Positions 1 to 9,034 of a stretch of 38,690 nucleotides of DNA are shown piece after piece (the stretch's first letter is position 1; the number at the start of each line of letters is the position of its first letter). This stretch comes from a virus (taxonomy: Duplodnaviria > Caudoviricetes), in IMG/VR virus record IMGVR_UViG_3300017700_000317, positions 1-38,690 of that record; one strand, 5' to 3'. The notes under the pieces are model-generated. The model saw nothing but the letters and a program-made list of their open reading frames with translations. It did no database searches and had not been told where the DNA came from. The translations under genes and the position numbers were made by a program.

Positions 1-123
1 GGCAAGCATCGCCCTCGGGCTGTCATCGCTGGAGCCTGAGCGCTGGGGCAAAATCGCGACCGAGCTGCGCGCCTCTCAGGTTGCACCAGCACAGGCACAG
101 AAGGCCCTGGCCGACGCAACGAA
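1..123. repeat. Terminal direct repeat identical to 38568-38690 (assembly overlap indicating a circular or permuted complete genome)
   Basis: ggcaagcatc...gacgcaacgaa is identical at both ends and the reading frame runs through the join. Confidence 0.95.
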
Positions 124-895
124 GTCGACCTATGAGGCGAACAACACGGAAGAGCGTCTGGCACTGGAGAATTCCCAGTCCCGCGCATCGCTGCGCAACA
201 TAGACAGCCAGATTGACGAGCGTTCCAAGCGCCTCAATCTCGACCGCGACAAGCTCCAGACTGATGTCGAACTGAAGCTGAGCCAGATGGGCCAGGACAT
301 GTCGAAGCTGGACGACGGCGCCAAGAAGCTTATCAACGACTCCGCTATCGCATCCGTGGCTGCCGACCAAACCGCAGGGCAGTTTCTTGACCTTGCAGGG
401 CAGATTGAAAAGCTCGGCGGCGGCTATGGTGCGTTTGGTACTGCTGCAGAGTTCTTGGCTAACGCGACGGGTAACCAAGATGCGATGAGTGCGGCGCGCC
501 GGGAGTACGTTCGCCTGCGTAACACCCAGGCTATCAAGAACCTGCCGCCTGGCGCTGCGTCTGATGCTGACGTGGCCATGGCACTGGAAGGCTTCCCAAA
601 GGAAACTGCGGATTCCAAAACGCTGGCGGCATTCCTGCGCGGGACCGCGAAACTCAGCCAGATCGAAGCCGCGAACGAGAACGCCAAGTCTGAATGGGTT
701 AACTCCGTCGGCCACCTTGGCAAGCCGAAGATGGACATCGAGATTGATGGTGTCGCCGTGCCTAAGGGCACCAGCTATACCGACTTCGCGAAGAAGTACA
801 TCACCGCCAAGACTGAGCAGCGCGGCGCCGAACAAGCGCAGCAGCGCGTGCCTACTCGCAGTTACATGAAGTACGCAACCCCAGGGGGTCAGTGA
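2..895 (+). CDS. 3' part of an ejection/DNA-transfer protein (P22 gp20 position); starts at 38146 and wraps the join, about 438 aa
   Basis: Frame is open from ATG 38146 across the overlap into ORF 287..895; Ala/Gln-rich helical; lies between the gp7-like and gp16-like genes. Confidence 0.75.
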   Translation, partial: ASIALGLSSLEPERWGKIATELRASQVAPAQAQKALADATKSTYEANNTEERLALENSQSRASLRNIDSQIDERSKRLNLDRDKLQTDVELKLSQMGQDMSKLDDGAKKLINDSAIASVAADQTAGQFLDLAGQIEKLGGGYGAFGTAAEFLANATGNQDAMSAARREYVRLRNTQAIKNLPPGAASDADVAMALEGFPKETADSKTLAAFLRGTAKLSQIEAANENAKSEWVNSVGHLGKPKMDIEIDGVAVPKGTSYTDFAKKYITAKTEQRGAEQAQQRVPTRSYMKYATPGGQ

Positions 896-3432
896 TGGCG
901 AGCAAAGCACCGAACGACCACCGCGACCCGTACTGGGCAGACCTATCCTCTGCAGCGGAAGAAAAGCTCGGCCTCCCCTCCGGTCTACTGGCAAGCATTG
1001 TCACTCGGGGCGAGCGCTCGAATAACGATCAGGTTTCCGAAGCCGGCGCAAAAACTCCGTTCCAGATTATCCCGGCCACCCGCAACGCCGTGCTCGACAA
1101 ATACGGCGTCGATGCGTACCTGAGCCCCGAGAATGCGGCCGAGGCTGCCGGATTGCTCCTTCAGGAATCGCTCAAGCGCAATGACGGCGACGTCGCAGCG
1201 GCAGTGTCCGAATATCATGGCGGCACCAACAAGGCGAACTGGGGGCCGAAGACTCGCGCCTATGTTGGTCGGGTCATCAATGGCCAGCGCCAAATACAGC
1301 AGCCGGCGCCGGGGAGCACCTTTCAGCGCGTGAAGCAGTCGATGCAGCCGACAGTAAGCCGGGACGCCATTGCTCAGGTGTATGAGGCGTATAAGGCTGG
1401 CCGCATGAGCCCAGAGGAAAGGGCTGAGTTCGAATCAGATGTTGGCTCTGGTGCGGTCATGTTGCCTCAAGGCGCAACCTTGGCTGGTCAACAAGCTGTT
1501 GGGCCAACAGACAAGCCTGCGCCAACAGTTCTTCCGCCAGAAGTCACTGATGCTTATCAGACTGGGCAGATGACCGATCAGGAGCGCGCCGAGCTTGAAG
1601 AGGACCTGAAGTCTGGACTGGTTCAGCTATCCGCCGCGCCAAACAACATTCCCGACTTCCAGAATGGAGTGATTGTTCCTGAGCAGCCAGGGATTAATCA
1701 GCAACAAGATCCCACCCTTGGCCAGCAAGCCGCTGGTGTCGGGGAAGCAGCTATTGCGCTCGGTACAGGAGCTACAGGCGGAACGATTGGCATGATCGGC
1801 GGGACATTAAAGGGCCTGGCTGAACAGTTGTTGAGTGGCCAATTCGGCACGCAACAGGCAGCTGACGCGGTAGAGAAGTCCGCCATGGGTGGCGCGGAGG
1901 CGCTGACCTATGCTCCGCGCACCGAACAGGGCCAGCAGATGACCCAAGCCGTAGGTGAGGCGGCCGCGCCTTTGGCGGCTCTTGCGCCGTTCGCTGCTGA
2001 AGTTGGAGCTATTGCGCAAGGTGCTCGGGCTGCCGCGCCACTCGCCCGTGCGGCAACTGGGAGGGCTGTGGCACCAATTCAGCAAGCAGCCAGCAAGATC
2101 ACCGCAGCGATCCGTCCGGCGGCAGCTGACGTTCAGTCCGGCGCGGCAGGAGCCCGCAGCGGTGGCGCTGCCGCCGTCGAAGCTGGAACACTTCGCCAAG
2201 CAAAGGCGCAGGAGCTACCAGTCCCTATCAAGCTTACAGAGGGCCAGAAGTCACGCGACTTCGGCCAGCAACGTTTTGAGCGGGAGACTGCAAAAGACCC
2301 TGAGCTTGGTGCGCCGATTCGGGAGAGATTCGAAGCGCAGAACCAAAAGCTTCAGCAAAACCTCGATTCATTCATTGATTCGACCGGGGCTGAGGCGGGC
2401 GATCTTCGATCTGTTGGCCAGTCCGTAGACAAGGCTCTGCGTAGTCGTGCTGCGTCGGACAAGAACAAAATCCGCGCGCTTTACAAGGAGGCGGAAAAAT
2501 CTGGTGAGATGGAGTCCCCTGTAACGCTCGATACTCTGGTCAAGCATCTTGAAGACACGAAGCCAGAGGCTGAAGTGGCCAATGTGTTGAAAGCCGCGAA
2601 AGCCAAGGCTTTGCAGCTCGGCGTTGCCACTGAGGCTGCCGACGGTTCGTTGGTCGCAAAACCGGTGTCGCTGAAGAACGCCGAGTTGTTCCGGCGCTCG
2701 ATCAACGGCGCGACGAATGCCGAGCCTACCAACATCAGGCAAGCCTCGATCATGAAAGGCCTGGTAGACGAGGCGACTGAAGGCGTAGGCGGAGAAGCCT
2801 ATCGAAAGGCGCGGTCTGCACGTAGTCGGTTTGCCAAGGACTATGAGAACGTCAGCCTGGTCAAGAACCTGATCGGCCAGAAGCGCGGAACCAATGACCG
2901 TGCGATTGCACTGGAAGACGTGGTACGCCGCTCAGTGATCGAGCCGAGTACGTCTTTGGATGATGTCCGTCAGATCCGGCGCCTACTCCAGACCGAAGGC
3001 CCAAGCGGCCAACAGGCATGGAAAGAGCTTCAGGGTGCAACCTTGAACTACATCAAGGAAGAAGCGCTGAAGAACGTGGCCCGCGACTCAATGGGTAACC
3101 CGATTGTCTCCCCTGCCCAGCTCGACCGGGCAATTCAAAAGCTCGATAAGAACGGCAAGCTCGACTTCGTATTTGGCAAAAAAGGGGCTGAGATGATTCG
3201 TACCGTCAATGACGTAGCTAAGGATGTCTTGGTGGCGCCCCCTGGCGCAGTGAACACCAGCAACACCGCCAGCGTTCTTGCCGGCCTGATGGACGTGGCT
3301 ATATCCGGCACGTCCGGCGTTCCAGCGCCAATCATGACAAGCCTTCGCCTCATGACGCGGAACATCAAAGACCGCAAAACCCGCGCCAGGGTCAGAAAGG
3401 CCCTAGGCATTACCAAAAAAGAGGACGAATAA
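895..3432 (+). CDS. Large ejection/internal virion protein with N-terminal lytic transglycosylase (SLT-like) domain
   Basis: GLPSGLLASIVTRGERS, VSEAGAKTPFQIIPAT, AAVSEYHGG and TRAYV resemble SLT motifs; TGATG coupling at 893-897; P22 gp16 position. Confidence 0.8.
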   Translation: MASKAPNDHRDPYWADLSSAAEEKLGLPSGLLASIVTRGERSNNDQVSEAGAKTPFQIIPATRNAVLDKYGVDAYLSPENAAEAAGLLLQESLKRNDGDVAAAVSEYHGGTNKANWGPKTRAYVGRVINGQRQIQQPAPGSTFQRVKQSMQPTVSRDAIAQVYEAYKAGRMSPEERAEFESDVGSGAVMLPQGATLAGQQAVGPTDKPAPTVLPPEVTDAYQTGQMTDQERAELEEDLKSGLVQLSAAPNNIPDFQNGVIVPEQPGINQQQDPTLGQQAAGVGEAAIALGTGATGGTIGMIGGTLKGLAEQLLSGQFGTQQAADAVEKSAMGGAEALTYAPRTEQGQQMTQAVGEAAAPLAALAPFAAEVGAIAQGARAAAPLARAATGRAVAPIQQAASKITAAIRPAAADVQSGAAGARSGGAAAVEAGTLRQAKAQELPVPIKLTEGQKSRDFGQQRFERETAKDPELGAPIRERFEAQNQKLQQNLDSFIDSTGAEAGDLRSVGQSVDKALRSRAASDKNKIRALYKEAEKSGEMESPVTLDTLVKHLEDTKPEAEVANVLKAAKAKALQLGVATEAADGSLVAKPVSLKNAELFRRSINGATNAEPTNIRQASIMKGLVDEATEGVGGEAYRKARSARSRFAKDYENVSLVKNLIGQKRGTNDRAIALEDVVRRSVIEPSTSLDDVRQIRRLLQTEGPSGQQAWKELQGATLNYIKEEALKNVARDSMGNPIVSPAQLDRAIQKLDKNGKLDFVFGKKGAEMIRTVNDVAKDVLVAPPGAVNTSNTASVLAGLMDVAISGTSGVPAPIMTSLRLMTRNIKDRKTRARVRKALGITKKEDE

Positions 3433-5225
3433 TGTCTATCGTGATGCAGCTGAACCCTTTTGAGCTATTCGTTGATACGGCGGGAACAGCGCTGGATGCG
3501 GGGTATATCTGGATAGGCGAGCCGAACAAAGATCCGCGCAACTTCCCGGTGACGGTCTATTACGACGAGGATCTGACCATCCCGGCGCCGATGCCGTTGC
3601 GAACCACAAACGGATATGTCTACCGAAACGGCTCGCCAACGTTCCTCTACATCAACGGCAACTACAGCATCATGGTTTTGCAAAAGACCGGAACGCTCGT
3701 GTACTACGTACCCGATTTCTTGATTATCGGGAATGGTTCCGCAGTTTCTGCTGGAGATCTGGCGAATCAGACAGACCCGCTAAAAGGGGCCGCGCTTGTT
3801 GGGTACAGAGGTCGGACCGTCCATGACCGACTGGATGACCAGCCATCGCTGTTCAACACGCCATACTCTGCAAAATTTGACGGCGTCACTGACGACAGTG
3901 CGGCAATTCAGGCAATGATTCTTGATGCCGCGCTTGGCGTTGTATCGCCGGCTTCTGGCGTGGCAGCTGGCAAGGTCACATTCCCGATCGGGCGTAATGT
4001 CAAGATCGCTTCCAAGGTTCTTGTCCCTGGCCAAATGGAAGTCGACTTGAACGGCTGCACGATTATTGGTTCAGGGATTGGTGGGAACATCGTTTTTGAA
4101 TCCGCCACCTTGATTGCCGGGGCCCTGGTATCGAACGTAGGTTCTGTCCCGCAGACGCGAACCGTGTCCGGGCAGAACATCCACAACGGGATATTTCGCA
4201 CTTGTGGTCGAGCCCTGAACTTGTACAACTGCATTGATAACTGCGTTTACGAGGACATGCTGTTCTCTGACTGCACGTACAACATCTACGCCTCGCGCTG
4301 CTTCTTTGTGACCTATCGAAACATGATGAGCCGGGGCACTGCTGGTGGCGCGGGGAACGAGGCTTACCACTTCGACACCGACGTAAACGCCGTGACCATG
4401 GAGAACGTGACCTGTAACGGTCGTGCAGTCGGCTTTGACTTCTCTGGCGGCGTCAACGGCCTTTCGTGGTCCATGGTCAACGCAGAGTCTTGCGGGATTG
4501 GTTTCCGCTTCGTTGATCAGGTCAGCAGTTTCACGGCCAGCAGCGGCTATGCCGAATTCAACACCACGGCAGCGTTTGACTTCACCAACGCCGTAGGCAA
4601 GTACAACATCAACATCGACGGGTATTACTTCAACGGCAACAACTGGCCGATCATTGGTGTACAGATGTTCGGTGGCCGTATCGGCTCTGGCTGCTACTTC
4701 GTCAACAACACGTTCGGGGTTGTGATCAGTGACGTCGCTTCAACTATTGAGGTTTGCACACCTGACGTTGTGTTGGCGGCTAACGGTGCTCCACTTCAGC
4801 CATCCGGCTGGAGTCTTGGTACTAACGTCAAAATCGTTGGCATCACGACGATAAACACCGGGAGCGGGACGCTAGTTCAACAGAGCCAGGATAATATCAA
4901 CGGGAAGATATCCCTAAACTACACCGGCGACTGCGGTTATTTTCCCGGCGAGGTACCATTCGTCAACCCGAATCTAAGTGGTGGTACGGTAATTTTAGAT
5001 ACCAAAATCGTGTTCAACCCGCACGTCATGACTTTCTATGACCTGACTGTTACCGACGGTGGCGGCACAGTGTTCTATCGCGGCCGCACGTCTGGCACAG
5101 AGGCGTATAACGACAGTGTCATCACTGGGCACACTGTAGTCGTGAACAACGTGGGTGGATTTATCCGCCTTGAACTGTCTGGCCACGTCGCCGGATTTAC
5201 CTGTGAAGGCATCATTCGGCTGTGA
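3432..5225 (+). CDS. Tailspike: P22-type head-binding domain plus beta-helix (putative depolymerase)
   Basis: N-terminal GYIWIGEPNKDP...PLRTTNGY resembles the P22 tailspike head-binding domain; DGVTDDSAAIQA opens a pectate-lyase-like beta-helix; Asn/Gly-rich strands. Confidence 0.85.
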   Translation: MSIVMQLNPFELFVDTAGTALDAGYIWIGEPNKDPRNFPVTVYYDEDLTIPAPMPLRTTNGYVYRNGSPTFLYINGNYSIMVLQKTGTLVYYVPDFLIIGNGSAVSAGDLANQTDPLKGAALVGYRGRTVHDRLDDQPSLFNTPYSAKFDGVTDDSAAIQAMILDAALGVVSPASGVAAGKVTFPIGRNVKIASKVLVPGQMEVDLNGCTIIGSGIGGNIVFESATLIAGALVSNVGSVPQTRTVSGQNIHNGIFRTCGRALNLYNCIDNCVYEDMLFSDCTYNIYASRCFFVTYRNMMSRGTAGGAGNEAYHFDTDVNAVTMENVTCNGRAVGFDFSGGVNGLSWSMVNAESCGIGFRFVDQVSSFTASSGYAEFNTTAAFDFTNAVGKYNINIDGYYFNGNNWPIIGVQMFGGRIGSGCYFVNNTFGVVISDVASTIEVCTPDVVLAANGAPLQPSGWSLGTNVKIVGITTINTGSGTLVQQSQDNINGKISLNYTGDCGYFPGEVPFVNPNLSGGTVILDTKIVFNPHVMTFYDLTVTDGGGTVFYRGRTSGTEAYNDSVITGHTVVVNNVGGFIRLELSGHVAGFTCEGIIRL

Positions 5226-5245
5226 CTGCCGACGGGAGTACAAGT

Positions 5246-5461
5246 ATGAAACCTGTATCCAACTGGCGCCGCTGGTGGCGCCGATATAGCACTTGGCTGG
5301 CGCTTGCGCTACCTGCCATGACGGTGCTGCGTGATGCCCTTCCGAGCCTACAAGAGCTGATCCCGCTCGGCCAATACAAGTGGATTGTCGGCATTCTCGG
5401 GTTCGCTATCGTGATCGCGACCAACATCCATCAGAACAAAGTGTCCGGACCGAAGCCATGA
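5246..5461 (+). CDS. Putative holin, 71 aa
   Basis: GGGAG RBS before ATG 5246; NWRRWWRRYSTW plus two hydrophobic segments; directly upstream of the endolysin. Confidence 0.75.
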   Translation: MKPVSNWRRWWRRYSTWLALALPAMTVLRDALPSLQELIPLGQYKWIVGILGFAIVIATNIHQNKVSGPKP

Positions 5462-5916
5462 CGAACCTGAGCGCGTTTCTGGACACCATCGCCTTCAGTG
5501 AAGGTACTGATCACCCGTCGCAGCCGTCGAAGGATCACGGCTATGACGTCGTGGTCGGGGGCGGTCTTTTCAGCGGGTACAAGGACCACCCGCGAAAGCT
5601 GGTAAACCTCCCCAGGCTCGGTATCAAGTCGACGGCGGCCGGGCGGTATCAGGTGTTGGCGCGCTATTACGACGCCTACAAAAAACAGCTGAAACTGCCG
5701 GACTTCTCGCCGGCCAGCCAAGACAAGATTGCGATCCAACTGATCAAGGAATGCAAAGCGCTGGATGATGTCAACGCCGGGCGCATCGCGAGCGCCCTGC
5801 ACAAATGCCGGTCTCGCTGGGCGTCCCTGCCTGGGTCCGGCTATGGGCAGCACGAACACACAACGGATCGCCTGATCGGGATCTACCAAACGAAAGGCGG
5901 AGTGCTTGACTCATGA
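5458..5916 (+). CDS. Endolysin, lambda R-like lytic transglycosylase
   Basis: AFLDTIAFSEGT, YDVVVGG, HPRKLV, STAAGRYQ, FSPASQD, WASLPG motifs; ATGA overlap with the holin stop. Confidence 0.92.
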   Translation: MTNLSAFLDTIAFSEGTDHPSQPSKDHGYDVVVGGGLFSGYKDHPRKLVNLPRLGIKSTAAGRYQVLARYYDAYKKQLKLPDFSPASQDKIAIQLIKECKALDDVNAGRIASALHKCRSRWASLPGSGYGQHEHTTDRLIGIYQTKGGVLDS

Positions 5917-6170
5917 CCCTAGCAACCATCTTGCTTTCCATCGCTGGCGTCGTTGGCGCGATCCTGGGGGCAATCCTCGGCCATGCGCGGGGAAAGTCAA
6001 CCGGCAATACTGAAGGCGCCAAACAGGCTCAGGCAGAGCAGCAGGTCGCCCAAGCCGAAGCCATCACCAAGTCTGTGCAGGAGCGAAACGATGTCGAAGC
6101 GAATATTGCTGCTACTCCCCGCGCTGCTATTGATCGCGAGCTGTCGGAGTTTTCCCGTCCCGATCGATAG
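5913..6170 (+). CDS. Putative inner-membrane spanin (Rz-like)
   Basis: N-terminal transmembrane helix and helical periplasmic tail; follows the endolysin and overlaps a lipoprotein gene. Confidence 0.7.
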   Translation: MTLATILLSIAGVVGAILGAILGHARGKSTGNTEGAKQAQAEQQVAQAEAITKSVQERNDVEANIAATPRAAIDRELSEFSRPDR

Positions 6171-6300
6171 CGCATGCGCGTGGGTCAAACCGATTTACAC
6201 CAACGAGGCCGACAGGGTTGTCATGGCCGACGAACTGGCGAGTCAGCTCGCCGCACACAACCGGCTCTACAAGAGCCGCTGCCTCACTCCAAAAGGATGA
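6091..6300 (+). CDS. Putative outer-membrane spanin lipoprotein (Rz1-like), 69 aa
   Basis: GGAG RBS then MSKRILLLLPALLLIASC (signal peptide with lipobox); overlaps the i-spanin in another frame. Confidence 0.75.
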   Translation: MSKRILLLLPALLLIASCRSFPVPIDSACAWVKPIYTNEADRVVMADELASQLAAHNRLYKSRCLTPKG

Positions 6301-6306
6301 ACCGAA

Positions 6307-6567
6307 ATGCCAGAAGTCACGAACTCAACAACGGAATGGATCGATCTGTACGCGGCTTCAGGCATTACGCCTGGGACGAAAATTCTTATCCAGAACAAGA
6401 ACGATGGGTATGCCTTGATCCTTGAGGCCGCATCGCCGCCCGACACGACAAATAGAACCGGGCGGATGCTGTTCATGCCGGATGAAATTCAGGTCGATGC
6501 TGGGTCGCCGGGCGTCTATTACCGATGCTTTGAGGGAGTAAAGGCATTTGTGCAGGTGAAAAGCTGA
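6307..6567 (+). CDS. Hypothetical small beta-rich protein
   Basis: 86-aa ORF coupled to the next gene by TGATG. Confidence 0.65.
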   Translation: MPEVTNSTTEWIDLYAASGITPGTKILIQNKNDGYALILEAASPPDTTNRTGRMLFMPDEIQVDAGSPGVYYRCFEGVKAFVQVKS

Positions 6568-6992
6568 TGGCCATTCATGAGGTTGTGAATGATCCGGGTG
6601 CGCCGGGCGCCCCAGGAACTCCGGCACCAACACCAACTCAGGCGGCCGCAACCCGTTCGCTGAATACGATCTTTCAGGTGAGTGCGACAAGGCCTGTAAT
6701 GGTCTGCTACAGCGTGCAACTGACGGTCACAGCAAGTATTTCAGGAGGCCAAACAGGGGATGTGATTCTAGAGATCGCCAGCAACGTCGGCTTCACGGCC
6801 AACGTTCAGACGGTGAGCATCGCCGGGCTTGGGCAGACGTATACCCTTGCAATTGCCTTGCAGGGCGTACAGCCACAAACCGGCGTGTTGATGGGAATGG
6901 TTCCAGCGGGGTATTACGCGAGGATGAGGACGGTTAACGTTGTCGGTACTCCGGGGTTTTCCGTGAGGGCAGCGCAGGAGATCACGATGTGA
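6567..6992 (+). CDS. Hypothetical beta-sandwich protein resembling a tail-fibre tip domain, with a Pro/Gly linker
   Basis: PGAPGAPGTPAPTP linker, then RSLNTIFQVSATRPVMV...VPAGYYAR; followed by a terminator. Confidence 0.65.
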   Translation: MAIHEVVNDPGAPGAPGTPAPTPTQAAATRSLNTIFQVSATRPVMVCYSVQLTVTASISGGQTGDVILEIASNVGFTANVQTVSIAGLGQTYTLAIALQGVQPQTGVLMGMVPAGYYARMRTVNVVGTPGFSVRAAQEITM

Positions 6993-6997
6993 ATTAG

Positions 6998-7024
6998 AAG
7001 GCCGGCATTGCGCCGGCCTTTTTC
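6998..7024 (+). terminator. Intrinsic terminator between the converging late and left-early operons
   Basis: AAGGCCGGC-ATTGC-GCCGGCCTT followed by TTT. Confidence 0.8.
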
Positions 7025-7127
7025 AATCAACAACCTGCGCAAAGAAATACCGCTCGCCTTGTCGCATCACAAAGACGCGCTTATTGGTCAGCATGCCCAT
7101 TAGGTCCCAGTAGGAATATAGGATCAT
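7023..7127 (-). CDS. 34-aa microprotein, last gene of the left operon (MILYSYWDLMGMLTNKRVF...)
   Basis: GGAGGGG RBS; start lies just after the upstream stop; translated by hand. Confidence 0.5.
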   Translation of the reverse strand: MILYSYWDLMGMLTNKRVFVMRQGERYFFAQVVD

Positions 7128-7128
7128 C

Positions 7129-7602
7129 TCACCCCTCCTTACTCACGTCAGCAGAGATTACCGCCTCGATGGCCTTGTCGCGCTCCGCCTCCCAGTCAGG
7201 CTTGGTGTGGGCGTCACTAGGATACTCGCCGTTCCACCCCTCTCCGCTGGCATTCCACCCAGCGAGATAGGCCGCATTGAGTTTTGCCACCCCATCCCTG
7301 AACCCGTCAGCCGCAGCGGTGGTCATGTCGACGGCGGTGTATCGGATTTCTACCGATGCCTTCCAGCCGTCCCATGTGCCATTGGCGTATGGGCTTTCGT
7401 AATATTCAGGGTGTGTAACTGCCCGAGTGAAATCCATACCTTTGAAGCGAGGGCTAGCCTCAAATTCTGCGCGAAGAGGATCGGGCGCATACAGCTTTGC
7501 GGTACACCCAATCAAGTCTGGATAGCCGCCTTCTCGCCCCATTCGATGGCTTCCATTGATGACCGGGATTCCAGCGTTACAGCCGTCACATTGATTTTTC
7601 AT
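7129..7602 (-). CDS. Hypothetical mosaic early protein
   Basis: ATGA overlap at 7599-7602; N-terminal CDGC. Confidence 0.7.
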   Translation of the reverse strand: MKNQCDGCNAGIPVINGSHRMGREGGYPDLIGCTAKLYAPDPLRAEFEASPRFKGMDFTRAVTHPEYYESPYANGTWDGWKASVEIRYTAVDMTTAAADGFRDGVAKLNAAYLAGWNASGEGWNGEYPSDAHTKPDWEAERDKAIEAVISADVSKEG

Positions 7603-7784
7603 GATTTTCTCCACGCTTCACGCTGCGCCTTGTTCCAGCCATCAATCCAGCGCTGCTTCGAATATGGGGCTGTGTCGTTTTCTGTGTCGAACGGGTTTTG
7701 CTTGAGGCTGAGCCCCTTCAAAAACGCCGCATAACCCTGCTCGAAGCAGTTTATTTTCTGTCCGTGCAATTCAGCAGTTGCCAT
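7599..7784 (-). CDS. Rmf/CrpP-fold-like small protein, 61 aa
   Basis: FEQGYAAFLKG...NPF...WIDGW pattern. Confidence 0.6.
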   Translation of the reverse strand: MATAELHGQKINCFEQGYAAFLKGLSLKQNPFDTENDTAPYSKQRWIDGWNKAQREAWRKS

Positions 7785-7965
7785 GGCGCTCCACCTCAAT
7801 GCGTTTCTGAATGCCGACCCGATAGCCTTCCGGCCTCATCGCGGCAGTGCGTTCAATGTTGGCGATGACCCGCTCGACGCCGCCGAATATCGGGTCTACT
7901 TGACGACCTGCCTCGATCAACTGGTCAGCAAGGTTCCAGCCTTCTCTTTCTTCAATGCGAGACAT
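7771..7965 (-). CDS. Hypothetical protein, 64 aa
   Basis: GGAG RBS preceded by a hairpin; operon context. Confidence 0.65.
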   Translation of the reverse strand: MSRIEEREGWNLADQLIEAGRQVDPIFGGVERVIANIERTAAMRPEGYRVGIQKRIEVERHGNC

Positions 7966-8030
7966 AACGGCTCCGGGCCGCTACGTGCGGCAGAGTTGAG
8001 TTGTCAATTATTGGTTTACAACTGGATGAA

Positions 8031-8072
8031 TCAGCGGACGTAGACGAAGTAGAACCAGGCGAGGGCGATCAT
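8031..8072 (-). CDS. 13-aa hydrophobic micropeptide MIALAWFYFVYVR
   Basis: ATG overlaps the upstream TGA (ATGA at 8069-8072). Confidence 0.35.
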   Translation of the reverse strand: MIALAWFYFVYVR

Positions 8073-8527
8073 GGCTTCAGCTCGCGATTGCCGAAACGCT
8101 CCAGCAGTTCCAGCTCAAGCTGAACTGCAAGGCTGTCGTAGTCGCTGAGCCGAATGGTCCGCATGCACTTGTTAATCTCGTCAAAGCCTGACGGAACGCC
8201 GCGCTCACCCCACCAGTTGCGGGCAAAATGGAACACGTTCATGGCCGCCTCGTTGCGGAACTCATAAGAGTTTCCGACGTTGCTCCAGTGCAGGGTGCTG
8301 CCATCGATCAGCGCTTTAAGGCGGCGTGCAAGCTGCCCGTTGCTCAACTGAATGCCGAGATTTCCGCGTCTGATCATGCTCTGGTACTGGGCGTAGTGGC
8401 GATCTTGGTCCGTGTCGTTTTTCAGGCCCTTACTACCACCAATGTAGTTATCGATCACACCTCGCGCGGTTCGCTTGACCTGCGCGCGCCATACGGCCTT
8501 GAGGATTTCTGCGTCAGTCACTTTCAT
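8069..8527 (-). CDS. Hypothetical protein, 152 aa (possible winged-helix DNA-binding protein)
   Basis: ATGA-coupled start MKVTDAEIL; LSNGQLARRLKALID helix pattern. Confidence 0.7.
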   Translation of the reverse strand: MKVTDAEILKAVWRAQVKRTARGVIDNYIGGSKGLKNDTDQDRHYAQYQSMIRRGNLGIQLSNGQLARRLKALIDGSTLHWSNVGNSYEFRNEAAMNVFHFARNWWGERGVPSGFDEINKCMRTIRLSDYDSLAVQLELELLERFGNRELKP

Positions 8528-8604
8528 GCCATCACCCACTTGAACGCAAAGGACATCGGCAGCCAGAAGGTGATCAGGCTGAATAAAATGGCTTTAGGGA
8601 TCAT
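8524..8604 (-). CDS. 26-aa single-TM microprotein MIPKAILFSLITFWLPMSFAFKWVMA
   Basis: ATGA overlaps at both ends fill the gap exactly. Confidence 0.55.
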   Translation of the reverse strand: MIPKAILFSLITFWLPMSFAFKWVMA

Positions 8605-8789
8605 GGCTTTTCTCCAGCGCAAAATATGGCTACTGAACCTTCAGCATCGCCGCCTTTTGCAACATCGACCTTGGATGCTTCGGCAGACTTAAAACACTGC
8701 TCCATGGTTTCCATGGGGTACTCCCGAACAATCTGGCAGCCACCTCCCGAGCAGGTCGTGATTATGACGATCAGATATGCGGCGATCAT
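8601..8789 (-). CDS. Small Cys-containing exported or membrane protein
   Basis: Hydrophobic N-terminus, four Cys, ATGA coupling. Confidence 0.6.
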   Translation of the reverse strand: MIAAYLIVIITTCSGGGCQIVREYPMETMEQCFKSAEASKVDVAKGGDAEGSVAIFCAGEKP

Positions 8790-9034
8790 CGGTTAGGCTC
8801 CTTGCAGTCGCAAGACAGCCGCCCCTGATTGCAGTTGCACATCTTGGATTTTGATTGGTCAGGCTCTGTGACGTCTGGCGCGCGTCTGTTCCAGTTGCGA
8901 TGCAAGTCTTCCGCAGTTGCGCACAAGCCAGAATACTCAACGCCGCAATGGCAGACGATTACAAAGCCTTCACCTATGCGTTCCGCAGTCCTTACCGATC
9001 CGCCACAGAATGGGCATGGTTTTATCTCGCTCAT
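8786..9034 (-). CDS. Lar-family restriction alleviation-like zinc-ribbon protein
   Basis: MSEIKPCPFCGG...CHCG...WNRRA signature. Confidence 0.75.
   Translation of the reverse strand: MSEIKPCPFCGGSVRTAERIGEGFVIVCHCGVEYSGLCATAEDLHRNWNRRAPDVTEPDQSKSKMCNCNQGRLSCDCKEPNR

Noticed and set aside
1-123. Biological direct terminal repeat (T7-like ends)
   Set aside because: It lies mid-gene, far from the terminase genes; better explained as assembler overlap of a circularly permuted genome
23-994. 323-aa minus-strand ORF
   Set aside because: Antisense shadow of the ejection gene; no RBS or recognisable motif
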